The notes beneath the pieces were generated by a model that saw only the letters and a list, made by a program, of their open reading frames with translations, did no database searches and was not told the origin of the DNA. The position numbers were made by a program, and so were the translations under genes. A DNA stretch of 63,995 nt, counting the filler, from Blastocystis sp. subtype 4 (taxonomy: Eukaryota), in assembly GCF_000743755.1 (NCBI RefSeq). It is 3 parts of 3 records of this genome, joined end to end, with 100 filler letters (N's around TTAATTAATTAA, not from the genome) between each part and the next. Parts side by side here need not be neighbours in the genome. Positions count along the whole stretch, not along the records: positions 22,890 to 44,654 come from NW_014569363.1; positions 44,755 to 63,995 come from NW_014569336.1; 1 more part is not named here. One strand, given 5' to 3'. Of this stretch, positions 35,168-48,389 are shown in pieces. How positions within the stretch are numbered: position 1 is the first letter of the stretch; the number at the start of each line of letters is the position of its first letter.

Positions 35168-38100
35168 TCAAGCTTTCCCTGGTTTTAAGTGGGCAGTAGG
35201 TATCTTTGCTGTATACTGCTCTGGAGAATGGGTGTACGATTCTCTGGCATAAATCCTCATTATTAGGTACAAGAGATTCATCAGAAAACCAAAACCCAAG
35301 ACTATCGAGGATGAAATGTAACTGTCGATTTCAATTGTTTCCTTCAACAAATAGCGAACTAGAAAAAGGATCGGAAGATATCCTGATATGGTACAACAAT
35401 CCAATAGTTATGAAATCGCATTGCCAATCGGATTCGCATTAAATAGGCTTTTAACTGATAAAACTACACATTATCTTCGTTCAATACCAAGACCCATGGA
35501 ATTGCTTCCACAAAATCACTCATTTTCGCCTTTATTTTCGTCTTGCGACGAATAGAAGCATCACTATTCACAACTAGCCCATCAGTCAATTGTAACATCT
35601 TCTCCAGTGCATGACATAGAATCAAATCTAACTGAGATGCTTGTTCTAGAGTGGCTAATGATAAATGGGATAAATCCTACAAATAATCTCAACGCTTTGT
35701 TCTCACCATCGAGTCATCCATAGCCCAGTCAGGTAACATCGTCAGGACAGATTGAACAAGGTCCTTCATAGATTGAATGGTGAGACGAGGGTTCCATAGA
35801 GCTTCAATGATGTTCTGGATAGCAGAAGCTTTCGTGGTTGGTTCTTCAGGAAGGGAATGTGCATTTAACGAGGGAATGAACGGTTTCAAGTATTCAATCG
35901 CTTTCTTAGAGAGCTGATGATCGGAACTTAAAGGGAATGGCCGAGCAACTCCTGAAATATAGATATTCAACATCTACATTACACACCATTTCCATGAGTA
36001 CACTATGAACAAACCGCCAATACTCCTCTTGATGGTGACTCACCAGAAACCGACATAAACTCTCAGACATGCTTGTATTGTTATGACGGAGAAAACTCCT
36101 GTATTCGGACACATACCGACTTCCAGAGATAAAATACTCCAACTCACAGGAAGCCGCAGTTATCAGTCGAATAAGCTGTACACGCTACTGATCATCAAAT
36201 ACTCTCACATCAACCTGTCGCACTCCAATATCAAACGTTAGCTGCAACGTGTCCACATCTGTAGTGGGTTCCAGATCCGAATCCAGCAAAATCACATGAC
36301 GTAGGAAAGAGAGTGAAATACCCACACGAACAGGAATACTACCGAGAATCAATACAGTGTGGATTCCCTTTGCCTGATTCAAATGGACCTCCCGGATAGC
36401 CTGTTGGAATTCTTGCAATGTGTGAACACCATAGAAACTAGATGGCACCGAACACTCACAACATACCATTGAACTCTAGTGCATTTGTTCCGATAATACT
36501 GAGTCAGATACTGGCACATTCGTAGAGAGCGACTATAGATACCAAGGACTTGACATGTTGAGTCCTGAAGATTAGTGAACTGAATAAGAGTTACCTGAAA
36601 AAGACAGTTGACCAAGAAGTCAAGCATAAAGATCTTCCCGCTACACTGACAGAACACTTTGTTCCAATCCTGACTTTTTGGAGATGCAGTGTTAGTTGTT
36701 GAAGGAGGGTTGAAGTTGGCAGAAGAGTTAGAGGTAGCAATATGCACAGAATCGTCTACAGACCTGCTATCAGCCCATTCTACAGATCCACAACTACACT
36801 CACAACAGGCTTGCTCACTACATCCAGCAAGAAAAGGATGTGTGTAAATACGAATCATTTCAAACACGACAGAGAGTAATACATCATTCCCCAGCAGCGT
36901 ACGCTGACCTCTATCACTCACATTCAAACAGTACTAATACCGTTGTAACAAGAGAAACCCCCATCGTCTCCACAATGCATCCAAACACCGTGCTTGAGAA
37001 ATTGCAAGCGGACACAGAACCAACAGATCCTGAACAAGACTACACTCTTGGAGATGATCGTTTTCAAGAAGAACCACAAGAGAAGGAATCAGACCCTGCA
37101 TTAAATCCTAATAATCACATCAAGAGACCATATGAACTCGATCAATATCCTCAGAACGAATATAATTATGGAATATGTCAATCAGTAAACACCGATTGTT
37201 CTTCTGCTTCTCATCAACACTCTGAGGAAGAGTAATCTCACATTGCTGAAGATAACCGACAGGAATATCCTTCGGAGCCTGCTCTAGGTGCCAAATAAAT
37301 ACCAGATTTTCCGGTCTATTCTCAACAACCTAACAGACTCCTACTCCACCTCCATTAGCTTTCCAATACCTTCACGAAACTCCTTTCCTCCAGGTAAAGT
37401 TGTAGACAGCTTCTTCCCTTTGTTTCTATTTCTCATACATTTGACACATTGATACATCATTGAAGAGTCTGCTATTAACACTGATATCTCTAATAAACGG
37501 AAATAAGCATTATCAGATGCAGTACGATTTTTGAAGACAGTTGAAGACATGATAAACACATTGTACTCACCAACAAGAAGCTCTTTGGTTGGACCCAGAT
37601 ACGTCAACCATTGCACACGCCGAAGAGGAGCATTGTCTATTGATCACAGCTCTCACTATCCTCTACCACTCATAATAGCAACCTTCAACTGCGTGTATGT
37701 GTGCAAAGCCAGTTCCCATAACTCCTTATCCTCTGCAGAGCAGACAATAATGACTGGACCACGAATACGATTACTTGCATAGAAGTGACGCAATACGCAA
37801 GCCTTTAATTCAAGGACCTCTTTATTCCCTACGCATACACATCGCTCATCAGTTCCCGATGTTGAGAAAAGCTGACAAGCATGATAATTATCGAGAGACT
37901 GAAGGACACTGAAGATACGCTCTCTCTATTCTGAAGTTGATTAAAAATACACCTACACACCATCCATCCACTTCATGATCATTCTGTCTATGCAATTCAT
38001 CCCCTTGATACTCGAAACGAAGAATGGTGGAAAGGGGTGGTAAAGGAAGAATTGGTACTATGCTTCATTATTCTCTTGTTCTCTCACAAGTCTTATCTGC

Positions 38101-40730
38101 TAGTGCTACTAATTGTTCTGTTTGCTCATCTTCTCTTTGCTGACGTTGCATCAATTCCTCTCCATATGGTAGAGTACTAGTGATCAGATCACTGCAGTAT
38201 CTTCACCTCAATACATATCCCGTAATATCATATTCACCACCAAGAGTAAACCAACATTTATAGAACCAATTGTCTTTCCCTCGATCGATATCATGAGGAT
38301 ACTGCTTGCATCGCTCACACAGCCATTCACCCTTGATATGATCCCATTATATTATTCTTACTTCAGGCAATTCTGTCAGTGGAGGTGTAGTACAACTCCA
38401 ATGATAAGCTCCATTACATCCATCACAGACAATAGGATCATGTTCATCCTTTCGAACTCGATGGCATATACAGCACTCATCATTAGTATCCGAGAGAGAC
38501 GAAACACCACACTCAGGAAGGAATAATGGAGAAAAGTCTTGATAGTAGATTTGTTCCTATGGATCAATCCCTTTTCCTCTACTCACCTCAGCCACATTCA
38601 ATACATGCTTCCAAATCGGAGCAAAGAGCATTTGATGAAGGAGATATGACTCCAATTCCTTCTTTCCTTTGGTATGCAACTTATTTTGCTGGACCCATTG
38701 AGCCGTGAAGATGGCATTGTCTTCCCATAGTGTCAGTACTTCTATGGTGTGGTTGATACCGAATCTAGTTACAAAGAAGGAATAATAGCTACCTTCGATA
38801 CATAATTGCATTAATTAAATTATCCTTTGGGTTACTGTTGGTTCGGAATGATAACTAGAAGTGAAGGACTCACTCATCTCCCACCACCTGAGGCAGAGAA
38901 TGATAATTCCATTTGGAAATGTCTTGAATTCCTTCAGATCCCTTGTAGCAGCGTACTCCATTTCGCATCTCCATAATACTTGTATTGGTAAGGGTATTAT
39001 CAGTATGGGCTTCTGGATCCATCATCTCAGGTACTTCACGCACACGCATGTGTCTCAGACGAACAGATCGTAAGTCCTGTTGAAACTTAATGGTGTGGAG
39101 ATTGGTCGTAGCATGGAAAGCAATCACAAAAACATCAATCCACTGTCGCAAATCTGGATCAAAGCACTGAAGATTGGTATTCACAAGGCACGAACCACAA
39201 ATCCATCTACGATTAGTCTGACTCTGCTCTCGCCACGAAGTGCCTTTCATCATATAGAAGTCGCCCCAGATGCAATTAGTATGGAACAGAGAATGGCACC
39301 TAGAGCACGTATAGGTGACATTGGGATTGGAAGAGACAGGGAGATGACAATGAGCACATAGAGGCTAGAATGAGAAGCCAATCGTATATCTTACCATCTG
39401 CAAAGGATTCTCATAGATGAGTTTCTGACAAGAGTCATCCTCCTGTTTGCTATCTCTTATTCACTCATCTCATTCTTACGGAACCTCTTCCCATGTTTTT
39501 TGGGTCATTCCCATATATGTCTTTGTCTCTGCTTTAGTCTCTCCTTTATTGTGTACTGACAACTCACTCTCCGATTCCTCATATGGATTCTCCTCAACTG
39601 GCATTACACACACCTTCTTTGATTCTGGAGAGAGAGATGGCTCTGTCGGAAACAAAGTAAGTTCAGAAGCTGGAATAGGTGAAGAGACAACTGGTGATAA
39701 GGTTGGATTGGTTAGAACTGATTGTCTAGGTGATGGATGTTCCGACTCTAGTTCTGACTTCAAAGAGATGGATGAAGATGACTGCTCCAGTTCGGAAGTC
39801 ACGACTGAACTACCTATTCGTTCAGGATTAGGAACTTTGATTGTATGACGTGAAGTCATGGGATTTGGTGGTTGAGAACTATTTGACGGACAATCATTTG
39901 ATGACTGAGAACTATTTGATGGACAACCATTCGACATCTGAGAACCATCTGATACCCGTGAACCCGAAACCAAGGCATCAGAACCTGTGGCTGGAAGAGG
40001 AATAACAATCTTCATAGCAGACATCTCTACATCCTTCTCACGCTTTACAGATAATTTGTCGTCTAAGGAGGTGGTTAATACTTCCTTATCCAATACTCTT
40101 TCCAGCTGGTTTTCATCTGATGATCCCTCTGACATTTGCTCATTCGAAAAAAGAATATGCTGTCTCTCGTTGATAGTCATTAAATGGCTGACAGATGGCA
40201 AATTTCCATTAAGATCAGGCACCATTTGAGAGTAACTAAGCGAAGATGGAATATGAAGAGGAGAACTCAAAGGTAACGCCTGAAAGATCCGAAACGTAAT
40301 TAGAGCTGCGTTCTTGACAAACAACGTGTAACGCGACAAATGGGTATTGAAACAGTCCCGAATGTAAGGATACAACTTCTATAATAGTAGTAATAGACAA
40401 CAACTACATCATAGCCAACAAATGCCAAATTGTCAACAGGCACGTCCACCTTTGAAAATTTATTGATTCCTGATAGAGAAATTCCTGGAACATAAATATC
40501 TACTATTAATACGTTGAAAAAGCTTTACAGTTGTTTTCTTTCCCTTTCTCAGGAAGTACCACCCACGGTGTCACCTGCATATGAAAGAACAAAGGCAATC
40601 ATACAACAACAGGATACAGACGATCACTTTCTTTACCACAACTAATAATCACTCCTCCTTTCTACAACTACTGGCAAATAAAAGATACATTCTGCTTGAC
40701 ACAGGCGTGAATGATTTCTTCATTCGACAT
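35168..40730 (-). CDS. Large PHD-finger protein with a degenerate SNF2-type helicase fold (both ends uncertain)
   Basis: PHD CAHC...CSRCHSLFHTNC...WICGSC; SNF2-like GPVIIVC, EMIRIYTHPFL, SGKIFMLDFL, VGISLSFLRHVILLDSD. Confidence 0.6.
39873..39952. repeat. 33-nt coding tandem repeat (about 2.5 copies)
   Basis: TGAGAACTATTTGAYGGACAA at 39873 and 39906, degenerate third copy at 39939; encodes CPSNSSQ repeats on the minus strand. Confidence 0.8.
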
Positions 40731-40806
40731 TACTATCGCGAAGAGAAAAATGACGGCAATGTCGGTTCCCTAGTGGCAAATGACTTCGATTTTCAATAAA
40801 CAATCA

Positions 40807-42674
40807 CAATAACGAGCTCGATTCGTTCTAGAATCTACTACTACTGGCATCACCTTCAAATCATCTTTCTGATACAACTTCTCGCACACCTCTTTCATTA
40901 CCTTCTACGCATCATTTCCTCATGATTTTCCCACAGTCATCGTCACCCCTTCAACCTTTGCATTGTGGTGATGTTGAATATGTTTAACTACAAACTCCCG
41001 CCCATTGAAATACTTGTCACACACCTTACAGGCGTAATGATCCTCTGTCGCATCGATCAACTCATCCATAAGAGTCGCTTCCTCTTGGCGGATCTCCTTC
41101 TCCTGTTCTAACTCGGGACTCGAAGTGTTTAGCTCCTTACTCACAGTCTGATTTGCTATGGACTTAATGAACAAAAAGGTGTTATTGTCCAAGGCAGCAC
41201 ACCACGCCTGGTCCTTTTCATTCTCTTCTTCACACTCTCCTGAAGCACGGATTCGATCGAAACCAAAACGCTACTGTTCATCTCCAACCTCTCATATACA
41301 TGGAAACTAATCCCAAACTCCTGGTCTGCTGCACTATGCCAATAATCATATCCGAAGACCCGACGCAGTACATGCACCAAAACGTACACACGATCCACAT
41401 CCGAAAGGTCTGGTACCTGGTCTGCAAGGATATTCAAGCACGGTTCCAACGAAGTATCTAGTTCCCAGTACTTCTCCAAAGCATGGAGAATCTGGAGCAG
41501 AGATGCAAGATCGGAAGCAATCCGATCAGGTCGATTAGCTACGGTTGGTAACAAATGAGAATGCTTGGGTCGCATCTGACTCCGACAAGAAATACGCCAC
41601 TTGCTCTTATCATTGGTGAAGATATCACTCATATATTCGACACTGCTCCCATCCAGTTGATCCACAATCAGGGATACATCCTCTTTGGATGCACACAGTA
41701 CCCATACAGGTCGTGCAATTCCAGGGGGAGGACACACCATAACATCACCATACCACACCGCCTTAACAGTGGCTTCAGCAGGAAGCAGCTTACGGAACTC
41801 GGCTCGAGAACAACCAGAAGGAACAGACTCAAAGTATCTACCCATGATCCCCTTAACAATCCCTCACGCTACACACGACCACCATGAATCATCCAATCGA
41901 TTTCTATAGGGACTTTGAATTGTTACAGTATTCATTTCCTCCTTTTTCAGAAAACTACCAGATGCGATCTCTTCACACATAGCAGCGTGAGCACTACGAA
42001 TCTCTGAGGACAAGTCATGAAGACGAGTCAGATGATAAGATGGTAAATATCGCTCAAGCATGAATTCTTCGTGACAATAAGTCTCAAAGAATCGATGGGC
42101 CACTTCTTGGTCATAATGAGCTTGTTCTCTAGTGTTCAATACTTTTAGGAACTACAAACGATACAAATCGGTTATGAGCTTCTTCTGGTGTAATATCATT
42201 GCGTTGACGATACATGAACTGTTGAAACGACATACGAGGGGTTGTATTTGCCAGAGCAATATGTGGAAGCGTGCGATCTGCCCTTTCCAATCTACTAGAG
42301 TGCTTCTAGATCAAAAATGACAATTCCCTATAGTACTGAATGATGAGAACCTCCACGACGACTTCTCCGATGATGGCTCAATACCTCGTCTTCCGAATAA
42401 CTGTTATCACTACAATCAACTAAAAACACCAAGTATACCTAAATGAAGAATGGCTTTCATCACTACTTGAACTGGAATCACGACTCCGTCTACAAATAAA
42501 GACGAACCAACAACAACGACGATCGTTCACGACGCTGAACAGGCACCACCTTTTTTCTACAAATCAGAATTCAGAAATCCATTAAATACAAAATATCTCG
42601 TCCAAAAGCATCTTTCACATATACTCGATCTTCCGTTTCCTAGCAATTACTCTATTGTGTCCAAATACTACCAT
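40807..42674 (-). CDS. SRRT: SERRATE/Ars2 homolog; TGA probably completed by poly(A)
   Basis: RFFETYCHEEFMLERYLP (DUF3546-like); C2H2 YACKVCDKYFNGREFVVKHIQHHH; ends RARY TG|TGAT TGTTTATT. Confidence 0.82.
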
Positions 42675-42788
42675 GACTTGGACGGTACTGTAACTCAAAT
42701 ACTGAGAGAATATGGTTCTCTGACAGATTTGCTGAAAAACCGTGTTCATCGGATCTCTCTTTTCTCCTCATCCAGTTCATCAAACATC

Positions 42789-43546
42789 ATGACAATTAAA
42801 CATATTGAAGAAACAAGTAGAGTATTTGTCATTTCGAGTGATAGAATAGGGATTACAGAGTTAGGAGACAATAAGGTGATGAAGCAGACTGTAGATGATG
42901 CTTTTATTGATGTCATATTTAACTTCGGCTTTCATGATATAGGCCTTTATGAAGAACGATGTGAAGCCCAACTTTCTGTTCGATTACTTGATCTATGGAA
43001 TTCGTATTATTTGGTATGGTACAGATGAACTGAATTAGATATAGCGGTGTTTGTGGATTTGTTTCTTACTTCAAGTACAAGGACTACTTTGGAGGAAAGG
43101 AAATGATAGCAATGCTCTGTGCCATGTAGTAGCGATCCCTTTGCTTAATTGCAGATACTACATTCTAGCCGTTGTTGATTATATCATCTCCTTCATTTTC
43201 ATCAAAAAATCATTCTTGATTGGATCTCTTCCAACTGTTGGTTTATTTGTGCTAGTTGAGTGTAGGGAAGCAAGTATTGCGATGCAAAGGAATTCCGAGC
43301 CGAGTCTAAATGTGATTTTGGAGATTATGAGTAATTATAGATGCGTTCGTTTCCTGTAGCTACACATTGACAGTGTCAGCTGTGGTGAATAAAGAGACTG
43401 TCGTCTATGTGTTCGTTAAGCCCGTTGGAAGTTACTATACAAAGGATGGAGTCTTATGTCGGGATGTTGTCGAAGAAGATGCTGTTGCTGTGATGGACTC
43501 TTTTCGTGACCGGCTCCATGAGGCAGTGTCGAAGAAGGGGAACTAG
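42789..43546 (+). CDS. SPCS2: Signal peptidase complex subunit SPC25/SPCS2-like
   Basis: VMKQTVDDA, two TM-like segments, C-terminal VGSYYTKDGVL; motif at 43556. Confidence 0.6.
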
Positions 43547-43598
43547 TGGTTGGTCTGTTTGTTTCATTCTTTCATTCAACTCTGTCTACAGGTCCTGA

Positions 43599-44515
43599 AT
43601 GGAAGAGGAGGTTGCAGTTTCAAATAGTAATGAATCTGAAGTAGACATTTCTTCCCTTGATTGTTCTTTTTCGCATCTGTGATGATTTCTAGATTTAGTG
43701 AATAAAACATGGAGAGTCTATGCAATATCACCTATTCTATCCACTGTAAACGAACAGTCATTCATAAATTCGCTTGTTCCTTCATTGCGTCAAGAATATG
43801 AAAAGTATTCAGGTCCATTGAACAATGTCAAACTATTGAGAGTATTAGTACACGAAATTGAAGCGATTCAGGGTTTTGATTATTGTGTTGGATACAATCT
43901 CTCGTTTACAGATAAAGATCGAGCTATTAGTTTATACTGTTGTATATTTGCTCAATATCCACGTAGTACACACGTTTCACACTCAATGCTCCTAGTAGTG
44001 TTTAAATCTCCTATTTATGATAGATCAAAGGAAAGAAGGAGTTGAGGAAGGTTTTTCTAAACTGGTTCAAGAAGGCCTATGATGTGTTCATCAACTTGTC
44101 TCGTTACCGGTTCTCTTCGTATTCATTCTCTGTCAATCTCATAGCTAGATATCAACTGCAGCATCTTTGTGAGACTGCCTTTTCTCGGTCTTTGAATCGA
44201 GTGAATGAGAATATGGTACTCTCGTTCTCCGTGCCAAGTGTTGTAGATGGCATGAGTCACATTCATATAAGTGTCCCTGTAGAAGATGTTCAGCGGTTAG
44301 TTTCGGCGTATGATCATTCAAAGAAGTGTTGGGAAGTGATACAAGATCATTTCCAAGAATTGGTGACCATGGATCCAGAAGTATTGTTATTAACACAGAT
44401 AAGGTGTGCGAATCTTACTGCAACGCGTGATGGACGTGTAAAGTTTACAGAAAAACAGTGTATATCAGAGTTGGTGAATGCCTTATCGCAAATGCTTGTA
44501 GAATATTGTGTTTGA
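43599..44515 (+). CDS. CENPL: Centromere protein L-like (CCAN)
   Basis: LVNKTWRVYAISPI, FLNWFKKAYDV and HFQELVTMD...LTQIRCANLTATRDGRVKF resemble conserved CENP-L blocks. Confidence 0.65.
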
Positions 44516-44654
44516 GAATCAATAACGACTCGAGTTCCCATCTCTAATTCGTACATAAAAAACAACTCCAATGATCATTATTATACGTAAACGAAACATA
44601 ACCTCACTGATCCATAAGCATCACAGGGGTTCTGTCAGCAATAGGAGAAGCAGC

Positions 44655-44754
44655 NNNNNNNNNNNNNNNNNNNNNNNNNNNNNNNNNNNNNNNNNNNNTT
44701 AATTAATTAANNNNNNNNNNNNNNNNNNNNNNNNNNNNNNNNNNNNNNNNNNNN
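44655..44754. other. Artificial scaffold gap with TTAATTAATTAA linker
   Basis: Same 100-nt layout as the gap at 22790. Confidence 0.97.
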
Positions 44755-46509
44755 TGTTCCAGTTAGCAACAACTTACATCCAAATTCCATCTTCCTCAGT
44801 ACATCACCCAACTTGTTATTCCGTCCTTTCAGACGATGAGCTTCATCCACTACTACACCTGCCCAGGAGATAGAAGCAAGCTTATGACTCTCCACAATCG
44901 CAATCTACAATCAATTCCTTATTCGGTTTCTACCTCAAATGTTGTCAACAACACATCGAATTCACCTTGAGGAGATCTCCATTCATACTTCTGGATTAGC
45001 TTCCTTGACTCTACAGAACCATGAAACACAACCACATGCATGTCTGTCCAACGACGAATCTCGGATTCCCAATGAGGTAATGTGGATAACGGAGCTACTA
45101 CAAGGAAGGGAGGGGTAACTTTATATGTATTGAGAATATGATCAATGAACATGGTTGATTGGACTGTCTTTCCCAATCCCATTTCATCTGCTAAAATGCT
45201 GTTACGATGGTTTGCCCAGTTCCAGAGCAACCAATTAATGCCTTCGGCTTGATACGAACGTAACTCATTGTGACTCTTGAAGACAGAAGTTGCAGATACT
45301 TTGACGAATTGCGACAATGGGGGCCGATAATTCGGTGGGTGGATAAATAACGAAATATTGCGACGTCTACATAAATACAAAAGATTTATTCGTACTGGTG
45401 ATGATAATACTCCCGAATAACCGCCGGATTCTGGAAATCCGAAAATACCTCCCATGTGGAGTCAGCATACTGAATCGACTTCCATTTGACTAGAAACTCT
45501 TTGACACAAGTCCCATGTCGATCATGGGCGTCTTCAGATAGCAACACAGTAACATCTGGATCATCATTCGAAGGAAGAGGTTTTGATAAGTCCTCCTGTA
45601 CGATTCGAGTTTCCAAGATCCGGTCTGCTTCGAGAAACTCAGGATTGAAATAGACATCTTCTCCATAGACGTTGATCTCTGTCATAATTTCATTTTCAAA
45701 TCGATAAAAGCGCTATGAATCACAAAATAACAGTAACAATACCTGAATCTTCTGCTTGATGTGAGGTCCTTCGAATTGAATCAACTCTTCTTCACTCTCC
45801 CATGAACAATGCACATAGGACAGATTCTTCCATTTCACCAGATACAACTCCACTTCTTTTTCTTGTTCTGCAATTAATCGTATATTTTGTACCTACCTGT
45901 TACCGGGAGTTCTTTCCATATTTGGTAACGATCCGGATTAAGACAACATCCATTCTTAATGTATCGAGTATTCATGTGCTCCAAAATAGGTAGCCACTGA
46001 GAAATGGGAAGAGTCTGGCGATATAAAAATTGACCACTCCTAAGGTTCTTCACGATATCTTCCTTATACGTAACTCTGCGATTACGAATAAAAAATGGAC
46101 CTACATGACTGCATTTTCATCAGTATCGTATTGAACTACAGGTTCTTCTTCCATTTCCAGTTCATATTCGACAAGAGAACTCTCGGAAGACTCAGATTCC
46201 ACTTCCCTTTCATTGGAAACCTCTGAATACCCTACAAATGATAAAAAATGTCTTTACATACTCTTTTGTCGCCTTCGTCGACGAGAAGGTAATTCCTCCT
46301 CTTCAATGGGCGTCACTATAATTTCTTCATCATCTATCACGAAGTCATTTTCGTATTCTCTAAAGATGACTTCCTGTTCGAATTAGCTACTCAGATGTCA
46401 CAGGCTCAGTATCATTCTCAATGAAATCATCATCAGACTCTTGCTTCTTTCTTGATCGATTTGAATGATTCTTCTTATGATTGGTAACACCCTTACGCCT
46501 AACGGGCAT
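44755..46509 (-). CDS. CHD-family chromodomain helicase, N-terminal part (runs into the gap)
   Basis: Two chromodomains (YLVKWKNLSYVHCSWE, FLVKWKSIQYADSTWE), LRSYQAEGINWL, ILADEMGLGKT, VDEAHRLK, LLLTGT. Confidence 0.92.
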
Positions 46510-46811
46510 TGTCTGGTGTAATTGTAATCTAAAAGTGGTTATAAAACCATTCATCAAACCTTTCCGATAAATGATTACAAACCATAATCATGCCACATTA
46601 GACCTACTTCTAATCGGATTTTACTTATCAGAATCTCGTAAAACCTACAACAGAGAGGACGATCCCGAACTCCTTTTTGGTTGAGACTTGATGTGGTACA
46701 ACAATCATTCACGAATTAGAAAAGAACCGCGGGAATTGTTTACTCGTTGCGCTCGCAGTCTATCTATTGGGAAAGGGATTACACTAAGAACAAATTGTAC
46801 GAACAAACAGT

Positions 46812-48350
46812 TTACCAACCCCTTATTGGAGTTTCATACATATTCAAGTGATACAACCGTTTCATTGCATATTCTTGCATCTTTGGATTTCTTATCTTAA
46901 CAGGATGCACATGGAGGCATTTCAATTTGTTTCTCATCGCTCCATGGTTACAATTAATAACAAAGTTGTGGGTAATGCACCAGTTCACCGTAGGAGCGGC
47001 CATTTCTAAAAAGACATTCTGTCGCTTCATTTCTGGAATTAGTTCATAGTATATAGGCATGTCATTTTTTGCGATGTAATAGAAGTCAGCAAATCCTTTC
47101 CGAAGGTTCGTGCTATTCTCAAAATGACATTTCTCCCCGATTTCTGTTTTCTGCAGATTCCTGATAGCCTTACGATAAGCATCAATGTATAACACACCCT
47201 TTTTGTTTTTCCGATAATACCATAACCATTTATTCCTAGTATCGATCTTTTGGGAAGGTTCGGTCCAAGACTTTGTAAGATCATAGGTTACAAGAAATGT
47301 AGGATCAACATAGCTGTCATCATTAAAATATAAGAACCCTTCATAACTACATGATTCTATCACACATAACTGGTGATAAGCCAACCATAGAGATTGATAG
47401 GAATAGTACCCCAAGCGAGGAGTATTGTTACTAATCACTTTATAAAGAGAACTCTTCCGAGGACCGAGAATCACAACATCAAAGTCAAGAGGGAAACGTT
47501 TTCGATAGGTCGGAAAGAAGGATTGATCAAGGAATGGAACAGCTTTGTACTCTGGATGATGGAAATTGACAACAAAGAGGAGCTTGGAGGCAGTGGTGAA
47601 AGATCCGGCTCGGTAGCGACGAATATATGGTTCCCAAGCAGATGTAAGAGTATCTACTGATGGGTTCTCTGAAATAGGTGTATGAGGAGAGATGAATGAT
47701 GTGTTAGAGGATGACGATGGAACAGGAGTTTGGTGTGGAGTTGCAGAGGGGTTCAGTGTTGAGTTGGAACTTTGGACAGAACTAAGCACTGGAAAGAGAG
47801 TAGTTAGATTCAGAGTTGGAAGTTCTGGTTTCTGAGTTGAATTCGCCGAATTCAGAACCGTAGCAATGGGAGTCTGAGTATTTTCAGGAACTGGTTGTAG
47901 ACTCATTTGAGGACTTGGTATCATAGATGGCACAGGTTTCATAGTCACAGGAGGTGGAGATAAAGACATAGGCTACAATGTTAGAACAACAGATAGAAAC
48001 GACAATTGGAGTTGAAGTAAAAGATGGTAGTACCATAACAGATGAAGAGTTATCTGAGAGTTTCGGTGTTGACGATATGGATGTTTCCTCAGTGTTGTGA
48101 GGTGAGACGGCTACACCTGTATCATAAATGGAATAACCTAATGAAAAAATCAATCGGCGAAAGCCTACCACTCTTAGAGTTACCAACTTGTCTATCTTTT
48201 ATTAACGGTATCCTTACAGATAGTCTAAGCTTCTGAATCTCACTTTCTGGTACTATCTCTAACATAAGTGAACTTCTTCAGATACATACGATACAAGGCA
48301 ACAAGACGTAGGAAAAAGACTATAACAAGAAAAGAAAATGGACAACGCAT
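46812..48350 (-). CDS. DUF288/STELLO C-terminal-like putative glycosyltransferase with Ser/Thr/Pro stem
   Basis: LLFVVNFH, GYYSYQSL, YEGFLYFNDD, FADFYYI, FLEMAAPT, HPVK; hydrophobic N-terminus MRCPFSFLVIVFFL. Confidence 0.6.
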
Positions 48351-48389
48351 ATACTCTTCCTCGTTACATAATTTCTTAACAAACAGACA

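Noticed and set aside
40575..40617. GTATCCTG on the minus strand as a possible U12-type 5' splice site
   Set aside because: No TCCTTAAC branch point, and splicing there gives an immediate stop; it reads better as coding sequence.
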